Assembly (NCBI GenBank): GCA_021824565.1
Contig: JAKAKL010000054.1
Coordinates: 94,061-158,060, forward strand
Length of the DNA stretch: 64,000 nucleotides
DNA from: Bacteroidota bacterium
Lineage (GTDB): Bacteria > Bacteroidota > Ignavibacteria > Ignavibacteriales > Ignavibacteriaceae
Direction: 5' to 3'
The translations under genes were made by a program, and so were the position numbers. Shown here one piece after another: positions 18,232 to 28,090 of the stretch. The notes under the pieces are model-generated. The model did not search any database, had not been told where the DNA came from, and worked only from the letters and a program-made list of their open reading frames with translations. The stretch's first letter is position 1. Each line of letters begins with the position of its first letter.

Positions 18232-18585
18232 TCACAGTGTCTTCTTTATTTCCTGAATCTTTTGCACGAGCACATTCAGCTTATCATAGGACAGATCGCT
18301 GGCAAGGCTCAAAAAATTTGTCGGGCTTCCCGTGCTGATTAATCTTTTCAGCGGCACATCCTTCTCAATGAGTTCAGGTTTATCCGGCGTCCATTCCAAT
18401 ATGTCATTCGGAGTACATCCAAAGTTTAGACACAGCATTTCTATTTGCCTCAGCGAAAGCCGCCCGTATTTATCATTCAAGAACCTGTAAATAACAGTCG
18501 GAGTAAAGCCGCATCTGCGCAAGAAGTCTTTCTTATTAGTTATGCCCCTCGCGGTAAACATTTTTTGGAAATTATATTTCAGCAT
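18232..18585 (-). CDS. XRE-family helix-turn-helix transcriptional regulator
   Basis: FTARGITNKKDFLRRCGFTPTVIYRFLN...LSLRQIEMLCLNFGCTPNDILEW is a typical Cro/CI HTH. Confidence 0.7.
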   Translation of the reverse strand: MLKYNFQKMFTARGITNKKDFLRRCGFTPTVIYRFLNDKYGRLSLRQIEMLCLNFGCTPNDILEWTPDKPELIEKDVPLKRLISTGSPTNFLSLASDLSYDKLNVLVQKIQEIKKTL

Positions 18586-18794
18586 ATTACTTCCTTTTAT
18601 TTTTTTATCAGCTAATTATTAGTAACTCATTCTTTAAATATCTAAAATATAGCTTAATCTTCAACAAAATTAACTTTTCGCTTCAAAATATATATAATTT
18701 CTCTTAGAAAATACAATAAGTTTTTCATTTTTTAATAAAAATTATTTCTTTTATATAATAATTTATTTTATTTCTATAAATAATAAATTCAATT

Positions 18795-19135
18795 TGATAA
18801 TTTACTATTTGCTTATGATAATAAATTATCTTTATCTAATCATAATATTCTCATATTTAATATATTTATATCTCTATTACACAATATTTTATTTATTTTT
18901 GATAATAAGAAATCTTTGTTATATTATAAATTATTCTTATTTGATAATTAAAAAATCATATTATATTATTATATTTTTCTACTAGATACAAAATTATTTT
19001 TACTGGATATTGAATTATTTTTACTTGATATTAAATTTTTTTTACTATATACAAAATTATTTTTACTAGATATTAAAATTTTTTTACTGGATATTAAAAT
19101 ATTTTTACTAGATATTAAATTATTTCTATTAAATC
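18795..19135. repeat. Phased 21-bp AT-rich repeat array (iteron-like)
   Basis: TACTRGATA cores sit at 18980, 19001, 19022, 19043, 19064, 19085 and 19106, with a degenerate copy at ~19127. TGATAA motifs sit at 18795, 18816, 18900 and 18942, all spaced by multiples of 21 bp. Confidence 0.85.
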
Positions 19136-19381
19136 CATGAATATTTCTTCTAAATAATATAATACTTCTGATATATTACGAAAAATCTCTTTTATAAATA
19201 AAGTCATGTTGAAATTATCTAAAAATTTAACTAGCGAATTGAAGTTTGGGTAGTCAGAATAAAAAGAAAATGCTCCAAAGCCCTGATTTTATCTGCCGGA
19301 ATAATTTTTCACACGTCTTTAATGAAATATCGAAAGGAATTACTATTTTTGTTTCAATATTTACCAAAAAATTTAAGTTTG

Positions 19382-20416
19382 ATGAAAAGGATTTTACTCG
19401 TACGAACCGACCGCGTTGGAGATGTTGTATTTACCACTCCTATGGCGCGCGAAATTAAAAAAGCTTTTCCCGGTTCTTTTGTCGCGACACTAACGCAGCC
19501 GCATACGGCAAATATTTTTAAGAATAATCCGAACGTCGATGCGATAATTACAGATGATCTGAAAAAAGAAAACTTCTGGCATGTTGTAAGAACATTAAGA
19601 GAATATAAATTTACGCACGGACTAATGATGCTGCCGACAGAGCGGGCGGCGTTCCAGATGTTCTGGGCGGGGATTAAAACGCGCGTCGGTGTCGGTCATA
19701 AATTGTATGAAGTAATTACGGGAATGAAAAGCGTATCGCGCAATAATTATACTCCCCTCCGGCACGAAGCCGATTACTGCATGGACCTTGCGAGAAAGAT
19801 CGGCGTGAAAACTTCCAACATTGATCTGCAAATATTTCTTTCAAGCGAAGAAAAAGAAGAAGCTAAAAGCTTTTTAAAGCAGCATGGTATTAACGAAAAT
19901 GATTTCAAGGTTTTTATTCACACCGGTTCTCTTGGTTCCGCTCCCAACTGGTCGGAAGAAAAATATTTTCAACTGATAAAATCGATCACGGAAAAATTCG
20001 GCAGCGAAAAAATAAAAATAATTTTAACCGCCCGCGAGATGAGCGCTGACTTCTTAAACTTAATCTTGAACTTTAACTTGAACTCAAACAGAGTTATTAA
20101 TCTTTCGGACAAAGTGAATGACTTGAGAGACTTGATAAAAATAATAAGTAAGTCGGATATTTTTATCGGTCCTTCAACCGGACCTCTTCACATTGCCGAC
20201 GCTCTTGGAATTAAATGCATCGGTCTGCACTGCCACCGCGCCATGAGCTGTCCTAAGCATCAAGGAATAATAAATTCAAGCTCGGTCAATCTCGAAGTCT
20301 CCGCCGGCGACTGCAAAAGATACTGCAGCGCGGATCAAAACACATGCGGAATTGAAAACGGGCTTGCAGTCGAGCAAGTTATTGATGCAATAGCTAAATT
20401 GCATAGCAAAATTTAA
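19382..20416 (+). CDS. Glycosyltransferase family 9 (LPS heptosyltransferase-like)
   Basis: RILLVRTDRVGDVVFTTP, HTGSLGSAPNW, GPSTGPLHIADALG. ATG 19382 is preferred over the track start at 19322. Confidence 0.8.
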   Translation: MKRILLVRTDRVGDVVFTTPMAREIKKAFPGSFVATLTQPHTANIFKNNPNVDAIITDDLKKENFWHVVRTLREYKFTHGLMMLPTERAAFQMFWAGIKTRVGVGHKLYEVITGMKSVSRNNYTPLRHEADYCMDLARKIGVKTSNIDLQIFLSSEEKEEAKSFLKQHGINENDFKVFIHTGSLGSAPNWSEEKYFQLIKSITEKFGSEKIKIILTAREMSADFLNLILNFNLNSNRVINLSDKVNDLRDLIKIISKSDIFIGPSTGPLHIADALGIKCIGLHCHRAMSCPKHQGIINSSSVNLEVSAGDCKRYCSADQNTCGIENGLAVEQVIDAIAKLHSKI

Positions 20417-20427
20417 ACGGATAATGA

Positions 20428-21594
20428 ATGAACTTCTCAGAGTTAAATATACCGAAGTGTAAAAACTTCAGCGGATACAAGCCATGCTTCTCTTATGAAA
20501 AATGTTTGGAGAACGGATGCCAGCACGAAAGCGATGAGACAAAAATCGGGACAAAAATTCTAATCATTTCCCTCGACGCTCTCGGCAATGTTCTGGATAA
20601 CACTCCGATACTTTATGCAATTAAAAGAAAATTCCCTGTCAGCACAATTTTTTGGATCACTATGCCCGGCGCAGACAAGATCCTTCAGAATAATCCTTTC
20701 ATCGATAAGGTCTTCGTTTGGAACGATGAGCAAAGAATGATTCTCCGGCAGATAGAATTTGACTACGTGATGAACGCGGATAAATCTGATTACGCTTGTG
20801 CGTTTGCAAATGATGTTAAAGCTAAAAATAAACTCGGCTTTCTGCTTAACGGAGATGGAAAAATTATTCCCGCTAATGAAAGCGCAATGTACAGCTACAT
20901 TCTCGGCAACGACGATCAGAAAAAATTCAGAGAAAATACAAGAAGCGGCGTTGATATTATCCATGAAGTCTTCGAGCTTGAATATAAACGCGATCCTTAT
21001 GTGTTTAATTTGTCGGATGAAGAAAAAGAATTTATAAAAAGTTATAAGACTGAGATCGCTTTTGACGAAAGCAAGACTTATGTTGGATTTAATACCGGCT
21101 GCTCAAATCTTTTTCCAAACAAAAAAATGACGATAGATCAGCACGTTTATCTGATAAGCGAATTAGCTAAAGAAAAAAATCTGAAAATAGTTCTGCTTGG
21201 CGGCAAAGAAGATACTGAAAGAAACCAGCAGATTTTAGATAAGCTAGACGTGAAAGTAAAAGCAAAAATAATTTCAACGCCGACAACGCTTGGCTTGCGC
21301 CGCGGCGCGTGTTTTATGGATATTTGCGATGTTGTTATCACCGGCGATTCATTCGGAATGCACATGGCAATCGGATTGAAGAAATATGTTATTGCGTGGT
21401 TCGGACTTTCGTGCGCCGCGGAAATAGAGTTATACGGCAGAGGAGAAAAGCTCGTCCCGGTTGGTCTTGAATGCTCGCCGTGCTGGAAAAAAGTTTGTCC
21501 ATATAATCTGGAGTGCATCCAGATGATCGATCTTGAAAAAATAATCCGGCTGACGAAAGAGTTTGCCGCAAAAAAATCAAAAAAATTAAATTGA
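20428..21594 (+). CDS. Glycosyltransferase family 9 protein with Cys-rich N- and C-terminal segments
   Basis: ILIISLDALGNVL, LLGGKEDTE, ITGDSFGMHMAIGL, plus CKNFSGYKPC...C...GC and CSPCWKKVCPYNLEC. Confidence 0.75.
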   Translation: MNFSELNIPKCKNFSGYKPCFSYEKCLENGCQHESDETKIGTKILIISLDALGNVLDNTPILYAIKRKFPVSTIFWITMPGADKILQNNPFIDKVFVWNDEQRMILRQIEFDYVMNADKSDYACAFANDVKAKNKLGFLLNGDGKIIPANESAMYSYILGNDDQKKFRENTRSGVDIIHEVFELEYKRDPYVFNLSDEEKEFIKSYKTEIAFDESKTYVGFNTGCSNLFPNKKMTIDQHVYLISELAKEKNLKIVLLGGKEDTERNQQILDKLDVKVKAKIISTPTTLGLRRGACFMDICDVVITGDSFGMHMAIGLKKYVIAWFGLSCAAEIELYGRGEKLVPVGLECSPCWKKVCPYNLECIQMIDLEKIIRLTKEFAAKKSKKLN

Positions 21595-21604
21595 GAGAAC
21601 AGTT

Positions 21605-22705
21605 ATGAGCTTTAAAATTCCTATTTATCAGCCTGCGCTTGACGGCAATGAAAAAAAATACGTCAATGAATGCCTGGATTCTTCGTGGATATCTTCACGC
21701 GGAGAATATATATCAAAGTTCGAAAACGAATTTAGAAAATTTGTGGGAGTAGAACACGCAACAGCCGTCAGCAACGGAACGGTCGCGCTTCATCTTGCAA
21801 TAGTTACACTTGGAATTGGTCCGGGCGATGAAGTAATAGTTCCGTCGTTCACTTATATCGCGTCGGTCAGTACAATCGCAATCACAGGAGCAACTCCTGT
21901 TTTTGTAGATTCGCTGGAAGATACATGGCAGATGGATCCGAAAGACGTGAAAAGGAAAATTACGCCGAGGACAAAGGCTATTATGGCTGTGCATCTTTAC
22001 GGGCATGCGTGTGAAATGGACGAGCTTGTAAGAATTGCTAAAGAAAACAATTTATTTTTGATCGAAGACTGTGCGGAAGCTTTCGGCTCGACTTATAAGA
22101 AAAAGCATGTTGGAACGTTTGGAGATTTAGCTACGTTTAGTTTTTACGGAAATAAAACAATAACTACCGGCGAAGGCGGAATGGTCGTTACAAATGATGA
22201 AACATTATACGACAGAGCGTATCATCTAAAAATGCACGGTCTTGCAAAGTACCGCGAATACTGGCATGACGTTCTCGGCTTCAATTATAGAATGACAAAT
22301 ATTTGTGCGGCAATCGGATTAGCTCAGCTCGAAAAAGCAAATGAGAAAATTTTAAGAAAAAGATTAATTGTAAAATGGTACAATGATGCACTTAAGAACC
22401 TGCCTGTTAAGCACCACGGTGAACATGGCGAAGTTTTTCATTCATACTGGATGTATTCGATCCTTGTTGAATCGCCAAACATCCGCGAAGATTTAAGAGC
22501 TTATTTAAAGGAAAAAGGAATTGAAACGCGTCCGACATTTTTCCCTGTTCATACAATGCCTATGTTCTCACAAAAGTTTCAAAAGCTTCCTATTGCCGAG
22601 TATCTCGGCTGGCATGGAATAAATATGCCGAGCTGGCCCGATTTAACAAAAGAGAAAATTGAATTTATCGCTGAAGAAATTAGAAACTTCTTTAATAAGA
22701 AATAA
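21605..22705 (+). CDS. DegT/DnrJ/EryC1/StrS-family sugar aminotransferase
   Basis: AVSNGTVALHLA, LIEDCAEAFGS, SFYGNKTITTGEGG (PLP lysine). Confidence 0.85.
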   Translation: MSFKIPIYQPALDGNEKKYVNECLDSSWISSRGEYISKFENEFRKFVGVEHATAVSNGTVALHLAIVTLGIGPGDEVIVPSFTYIASVSTIAITGATPVFVDSLEDTWQMDPKDVKRKITPRTKAIMAVHLYGHACEMDELVRIAKENNLFLIEDCAEAFGSTYKKKHVGTFGDLATFSFYGNKTITTGEGGMVVTNDETLYDRAYHLKMHGLAKYREYWHDVLGFNYRMTNICAAIGLAQLEKANEKILRKRLIVKWYNDALKNLPVKHHGEHGEVFHSYWMYSILVESPNIREDLRAYLKEKGIETRPTFFPVHTMPMFSQKFQKLPIAEYLGWHGINMPSWPDLTKEKIEFIAEEIRNFFNKK

Positions 22706-22709
22706 AAAA

Positions 22710-22728
22710 GCGCAGGAAAAACCTGCGC
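22710..22728. terminator. Hairpin between convergent genes; on the minus strand it is followed by a T-run
   Basis: GCGCAGG-aaaaa-CCTGCGC. The minus strand reads GCGCAGGTTTTTCCTGCGCTTTTTTATT. Confidence 0.6.
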
Positions 22729-22753
22729 CTCCTATAAGATATTTTTATTTAGC

Positions 22754-23977
22754 TTATCTGTGTCTCCTGTTATCTGAATTATTTCTATTGCCGCCGCCTC
22801 TGTTCATTTCGACTCTGCCCGGGTTGCTGCGTTGAATTTGCGGAGCGGTTCTTTGCTGAGGCTCTCTTCGCGGCTGCTGAAAATTTTGCCTTTGCTGAGG
22901 CTGAGATTCAATTCTCCTTTGATTATTATTGTAGAACCCGCCATTATTCTGCTGCCTTACATTATTTTCTCTTTGACGATTAACATTATTCTGATTCCTC
23001 TGATTGAAATAATTTTCTGATCTGTTATTAAAATTGTTATTGTTTTGAATCCGGCTGTTAGGCGCGTTTTCAGTTCTGTTGCGATTAAAATTTACTTGAT
23101 CGCGGTTTTCATAATTTAAGTTCCTATTTATATTGCTTCTGTTTCCAACAGCGATTCTTGAAACATCGAGAGAAGTTTCTCTTCCGCCGCGTTGGATTTG
23201 AATATTTCTTCCTGTGCCTCTATTAATTTGATCTCTTTGAAGAATCAAAGCTCTCACATTAGATGAGTTGGAGTTTCCTCTTCCAAAATTTCTTGGATTG
23301 GTAACCGCATCAATTCTTCTTTCAACAATTCTATCGCCGCTTCTTTGTCTTATAAAATCAACATTAACACCGCGGTTTATAACTCTTCCGTCTGAATAAC
23401 CATAATTTGTTCTGAACCTTGTGTTAGAATAAATTCTATATTTATATGTATTGTCGACATAATAATTATAAACATGAGGATTGCACATATATCTATAGCT
23501 TACAAACGAGTAGTACTGATACGGCGTATAATAAGAAGAAGTAAAACTGATTCCGAAGCCGACTGAGAACGAAGCATACGGGGGAAGAGGAGCCCAGCCA
23601 ATATAATCATTATCGTAACGCCACTCTACCCAGGCGGGCGCCCATTGATAATCGGGAACCCATATCCAGCCATAATAATCATCATAATACCATCTTCCGT
23701 AATGATAAACTATATCGCCAAAAGGTTCATCAGAATCCCAATACCATCCGTCGTTTGTCCAAATCCAGTGACCATAATGATATGGAGACCAGCCATAACC
23801 AACATTCATCGGGCGCCAAACATTTACTCCCCCGTTTATTTGTATCCAGTTTCCATACGGGGAAAGCGACGAATAGAAGAATCCGAAATCTCCTCCAATC
23901 GTAATATCTGTCTCCGCTTTTACTTGAGTAGAAATTCCTGCTATCAGAAATATCGCTGCAATTATTATCTTTTTCAT
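22754..23977 (-). CDS. Secreted W/Y/G-rich repeat protein with a long N/Q/R-rich low-complexity tail
   Basis: Signal peptide MKKIIIAAIFLIAGIS, then YGWSPYHYGHWIWTNDGWYWDSDEPFG...YGWIWVPDYQWAPAWVEWRY repeats. The C-terminal ~170 aa are dominated by N, Q and R. Confidence 0.7.
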   Translation of the reverse strand: MKKIIIAAIFLIAGISTQVKAETDITIGGDFGFFYSSLSPYGNWIQINGGVNVWRPMNVGYGWSPYHYGHWIWTNDGWYWDSDEPFGDIVYHYGRWYYDDYYGWIWVPDYQWAPAWVEWRYDNDYIGWAPLPPYASFSVGFGISFTSSYYTPYQYYSFVSYRYMCNPHVYNYYVDNTYKYRIYSNTRFRTNYGYSDGRVINRGVNVDFIRQRSGDRIVERRIDAVTNPRNFGRGNSNSSNVRALILQRDQINRGTGRNIQIQRGGRETSLDVSRIAVGNRSNINRNLNYENRDQVNFNRNRTENAPNSRIQNNNNFNNRSENYFNQRNQNNVNRQRENNVRQQNNGGFYNNNQRRIESQPQQRQNFQQPRREPQQRTAPQIQRSNPGRVEMNRGGGNRNNSDNRRHR

Positions 23978-24138
23978 TTCACACCTCACATAAATTCAAT
24001 TTTTATTAACCAACACTTGTGCCACTGAAAAAATCTTAATTCTGATTGAAATAAACAGTCAATAATTATCTTTTGTATATAATACTAAACAAACAGATTG
24101 GGATAATGGACATGATTTTGGTCAGAAAATAAAGCAAA

Positions 24139-25275
24139 TTAGCGCTTAACTTTGCGCTCTTTCCATGTGTAATTGCCAAGCGCTCCGGAAATCCCGGCGA
24201 TGATTATATATGGTATCTGGAAAATTTCAGCTATTGGAATATATCGAAGTATTTTTTTAGATATTATAAAACCTACGCCGCGTTTAATTATAAAACTTTC
24301 TATTGATGATTTGATGATAAGACTTATAAAAAATGAAAGAAGAAATAGAGAGGAATAAAATAAAGCCAAAAGTATTTGAGTCATCATTCCTAAATAAAAT
24401 AAAAAAATTAAAAGCAGCTTAAAGATTAATAATTTGTCTGAGTAAAATAGACCTTTGCTTGCCCATCTTTTCCTTTGGTGATAAAATTTTTCAAGGGATT
24501 CATTCCCTTTCGTTTCAACTACTGCGTCATTGTGCCAGCAAAATTTTACCTTATATTTTTTATCCGACCAAATTTTCTGCATTAAAAGTTCATCATCGCC
24601 GGAAGAAAGATTAAGATGATCTTCGAAGCCGTGTACGGATTCATAGGCTTCGCGGCGGTAAGCAATATTTGCTGCATTGCAGATTGCAGGTTTATTTATT
24701 CCGATTAATCCTGCGCCGGTTAAAACCAATCCTGAAAATTCCAGCTTCTGTAATTTTTCAAATAAAGTGTTTTCTTCAATGAATTTTACCGGACCGGAAA
24801 CAAAACCGGTTTCGTCGTCAAAGCATGAAATCATTTGTTTCAACCAATCTTTATTATGTACGCAGTCGGCATCAGTAGTCAGAATTATTTTCCCATTTGA
24901 ATTTGCAATACCGAATCTTATCGCTCTTTTCTTATGGGCATTCTTAGAATAGTCAGATGGAACTGAAATTATTTTCACGTTGGAAGATTTTTCGGCTTTC
25001 AAAATTTTTTGGGGAGAGTCATCGTCGGAAGAATCATTAACATAAATTACTTCATATTTTTCTTTTGGATATAATTGATTTTCCAAACTCCGAAGGCTTG
25101 CAAGAATATTTTCTGATTCATTTCTAAATGGAATGATAACAGAAATAAATTCTTCAATAAAAATTTTATTTTGTGCCGGAGTTAATTTGCGAAGACCTTG
25201 CAAAATTCCCACAAGGAAATAGGCATAATAACTTAACAGGAGAAAAAAGATTGATAATAGAATTATGTTAAGCAT
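24139..25275 (-). CDS. Membrane-bound family 2 glycosyltransferase
   Basis: VIIPFRNE, VNDSSDDDS, TDADC, QRKRW (QxxRW), flanked by TM segments. Confidence 0.8.
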   Translation of the reverse strand: MLNIILLSIFFLLLSYYAYFLVGILQGLRKLTPAQNKIFIEEFISVIIPFRNESENILASLRSLENQLYPKEKYEVIYVNDSSDDDSPQKILKAEKSSNVKIISVPSDYSKNAHKKRAIRFGIANSNGKIILTTDADCVHNKDWLKQMISCFDDETGFVSGPVKFIEENTLFEKLQKLEFSGLVLTGAGLIGINKPAICNAANIAYRREAYESVHGFEDHLNLSSGDDELLMQKIWSDKKYKVKFCWHNDAVVETKGNESLEKFYHQRKRWASKGLFYSDKLLIFKLLLIFLFYLGMMTQILLALFYSSLFLLSFFISLIIKSSIESFIIKRGVGFIISKKILRYIPIAEIFQIPYIIIAGISGALGNYTWKERKVKR

Positions 25276-26257
25276 TGTTCTTTTTAATTAGCAAAACCAA
25301 ACCGATAATTGCGGGCAGCAATACATTTATTCCGAATAATGAAATGCTGGCGTCAAAGCCGACTGAATTGGGCTGCCCCATCTTTGAAAGGAAGAAAACA
25401 GAAGCGCCTTCCCGAACGCCTAAATCGGCAAATGAAACCTGGGGAATAATTGTCTTGGCAAACATCACCATGTTTCCCGCCCATAAAAAATTTATGAAGT
25501 TTCCTGATTGCGAAAAAGCGAGAGCAAGCACCGCATACTGAACTATGAAGAACAAATAAAAAAGCACAGATACAAAAAACATCTGCGTAAGAAACTTTTT
25601 ACTTAACTGGCGAAGTAATATGATCTGAGAATATATTTTACCAAGATGTTTAGTATTTTCTTTTTGTTTGGATAAAAGGTTCTGCCACATATTCGGATTT
25701 AAGATCAATATTACAAGTACGGAAAATAAAACCAAAATAATAACGAATAATGAAACGCTTAAATAAGAGTTAACATTATACTGGTCTTTCAAAAACAAGA
25801 TACTACCTATTGAGCCGAACAAAGTTATTGGGACGAATGTGAAGGCTTTGTCAATCAACGTGGCGGTTGTTACGCTCAGCAAAGATTTGTCTTTAAATTC
25901 CAGCGCGCGACCTAAATATTCACCAACACGAACAGGAGTGAAAGGACCGGCGGCAAATCCGTAAAACAATGAGTATAAAATTTTTTTATTATTATATTCA
26001 TTTAAAATCGCCGCACATGATAATTTCCATTTATAAAATTGAAGCAATACATTTGCAACAGAAAGCACCAGCGCCACAGTTATGAAGCGATAATCTGCAC
26101 GCTGAAAAGCAAAAATTATTTCATGAATATTAACGCTGTATATTAAATAGATTATGAGTCCGGCTGCAATAGCAAATTTAAGAAATGTAAAAACAAGGCC
26201 GTTGTTTAATCTTACTTTTGAATTTATTTTTTTTACTAAGGAAATTAGAGTATCCAC
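25268..26257 (-). CDS. UPF0104/lysylphosphatidylglycerol-synthase-TM-region-like flippase-type membrane protein
   Basis: ~8 TM, 329 aa, with an 8-nt overlap onto the GT2 gene. This pairing is common for the family. Confidence 0.55.
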   Translation of the reverse strand: MDTLISLVKKINSKVRLNNGLVFTFLKFAIAAGLIIYLIYSVNIHEIIFAFQRADYRFITVALVLSVANVLLQFYKWKLSCAAILNEYNNKKILYSLFYGFAAGPFTPVRVGEYLGRALEFKDKSLLSVTTATLIDKAFTFVPITLFGSIGSILFLKDQYNVNSYLSVSLFVIILVLFSVLVILILNPNMWQNLLSKQKENTKHLGKIYSQIILLRQLSKKFLTQMFFVSVLFYLFFIVQYAVLALAFSQSGNFINFLWAGNMVMFAKTIIPQVSFADLGVREGASVFFLSKMGQPNSVGFDASISLFGINVLLPAIIGLVLLIKKNNA

Positions 26258-26463
26258 GACATAATTATTTCAATTTACAATTTCAAAATAAGAAAACGCG
26301 ATCTTTTCTAAAAGAAGTTTTAATAACAAAGTAGTAATTTCACTGTGATATTTATTACTAACTAAACTTATAATAACTATTCTATTTTATTTAGATTTAC
26401 ATTTGTTATGGAAAAAACTTTTTCTTAGTTTATTCAAAAAGAATTTTAAAGATTGGAGAGATA

Positions 26464-28089
26464 ATGTTTATAAACTTCAGCGACATACCCGGACACGAAA
26501 ATTTATTCCTCGATTATCTATACGAGTTCGATAACGTTAAAGAATTTTATAAAGCAAGTCTGCACGATAAAGAAAGCTATATAAGAACTTTTAAAAAAAT
26601 TTCCGAACAGCAAAAACCTTCACGCGAAATATTGCCGGGCATTTTGAGCAGCCAGTACAGCGGGCTAAATCCTTCTTCAAAAACGTCTAAAAATATTTCA
26701 CTGCTTTCAAGCTCAAAAACGATGGCGGTTGTTACCGGGCAGCAGCTTGGAATTCTTGGCGGTCCAATGTATACACTCTATAAAATAATTACCGCAATAA
26801 AGTTGAGTAATTTCCTCTCTGAGCGTTACGATGATTTTCATTTCGTGCCCGTATTCTGGCTTGAAGGCGATGATCATGATTTTAATGAAGTGAGATCAAT
26901 CTCGGTAGTAAATGACGCTAATGAACATAAAGTAATTTCTTACGGACAAGAAATTCCCGAAGATGAAGATAGAGGAAGCGTCGGCAATATCATTTTTAAC
27001 GAAACTCTTAATGATTTCTTTTCAGAGCTGGGGCAAAATATTCGTAGCACCGAATTCTCCAATCAGTTGTTTGAAAAATTAAAATCTTTTTATTCTCCCG
27101 GGAAAACATTTAAGCAGTCATTTAAGGAATTACTTTTCTGGTTGATTGATAAATACGGATTAATTCTTTTTGATCCGCAGGATTTAAAAATAAAAAATTT
27201 GTTGAAGCCTGTTTTCAAAAAAGAAGTTACTGATTTTCGCCTTCATACAGAGAAATTAGTAAATATAAGCGCAGAGTTAGAAGAATCATTTCATGCTCAA
27301 GTGAAAGTACGTCCGATTAATTTATTTTTCAAAAATGAAGAAGGAAGATATTTGATCGAGCCGGTTGAAAATGAATTTAGGCTAAAGCATAAAAGGAAAA
27401 GATTTTCTTATGAAGAACTAATGCAAACGATTGAAGAACAGCCGGAGAATTTTAGCCCGAATGTTCTGCTCCGCCCGATTTGCCAGGACTATATTTTGCC
27501 GACAGCCTTTTATATAGGCGGTCCGAGCGAGATTGCGTACTTCGCGCAGGTAATGCCTCTTTACGATTTTTACAAAATAGAAGCACCGATAATTTATCCA
27601 CGTTCTTCTGCAACTCTGGTTGAAAAAAATATTACTTCGCTTCTTGAAAAATTTGATTTGAAGATTCAAGATGTATTTCGTTCGCCCGATGATTTAAAAG
27701 GCAAAGTAATTAATTCAGTCGCTGAAAATTCTTTGGATGATTTATTCAGCCAGGCAGAAAATCAAATTGAAATAACATTCGACTCGCTTAAAGAAAAATT
27801 ATTTGAGTTCGATAAAACATTAAGCGATACAAGTTCAAGATACAAACAGAAAGTCTCGCAGTATCTCACTGAGTTTAAATCAAAAGCTGTCGAGGCTCAA
27901 AAGAGAAAGCATGAAACGACGCTTAGGCAAATAGATAAGATCATAAATACGCTTTACCCGGATTCTAGCCTTCAGGAAAGAGAAATAAATTTTGTCTACT
28001 TCATGAATAAATACGGCGAAGGAATTGTAGATCAGATTTTTGATGAGCTGATGATCAACAAGTTTGAGCACCAGATAATAAATTTATAA
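26464..28089 (+). CDS. bshC: Bacillithiol biosynthesis cysteine-adding enzyme BshC
   Basis: AVVTGQQLGILGGPMYTLYKI, VFWLEGDDHDFNEV, NFSPNVLLRPICQDYILPTAFYIGGPSEIAYF. Confidence 0.85.
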   Translation: MFINFSDIPGHENLFLDYLYEFDNVKEFYKASLHDKESYIRTFKKISEQQKPSREILPGILSSQYSGLNPSSKTSKNISLLSSSKTMAVVTGQQLGILGGPMYTLYKIITAIKLSNFLSERYDDFHFVPVFWLEGDDHDFNEVRSISVVNDANEHKVISYGQEIPEDEDRGSVGNIIFNETLNDFFSELGQNIRSTEFSNQLFEKLKSFYSPGKTFKQSFKELLFWLIDKYGLILFDPQDLKIKNLLKPVFKKEVTDFRLHTEKLVNISAELEESFHAQVKVRPINLFFKNEEGRYLIEPVENEFRLKHKRKRFSYEELMQTIEEQPENFSPNVLLRPICQDYILPTAFYIGGPSEIAYFAQVMPLYDFYKIEAPIIYPRSSATLVEKNITSLLEKFDLKIQDVFRSPDDLKGKVINSVAENSLDDLFSQAENQIEITFDSLKEKLFEFDKTLSDTSSRYKQKVSQYLTEFKSKAVEAQKRKHETTLRQIDKIINTLYPDSSLQEREINFVYFMNKYGEGIVDQIFDELMINKFEHQIINL

Positions 28090-28090
28090 T

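Noticed and set aside
18794-18985. 63-aa ORF MIIYYLLMIINYLYL...
   Set aside because: It is a translation of the extremely AT-rich repeat region. The I/Y/L-only composition has no plausible protein character.
18975-19135. CRISPR array
   Set aside because: The 21-bp units abut each other with no spacers, the repeats are AT-only, and no cas genes are present.
19246-19458. 70-aa ORF overlapping the GT9 gene start, and the extended track start at 19322
   Set aside because: It is out of frame with the GT9 gene. The GT9 homology begins at MKRILLVRTDRVGD (ATG 19382).
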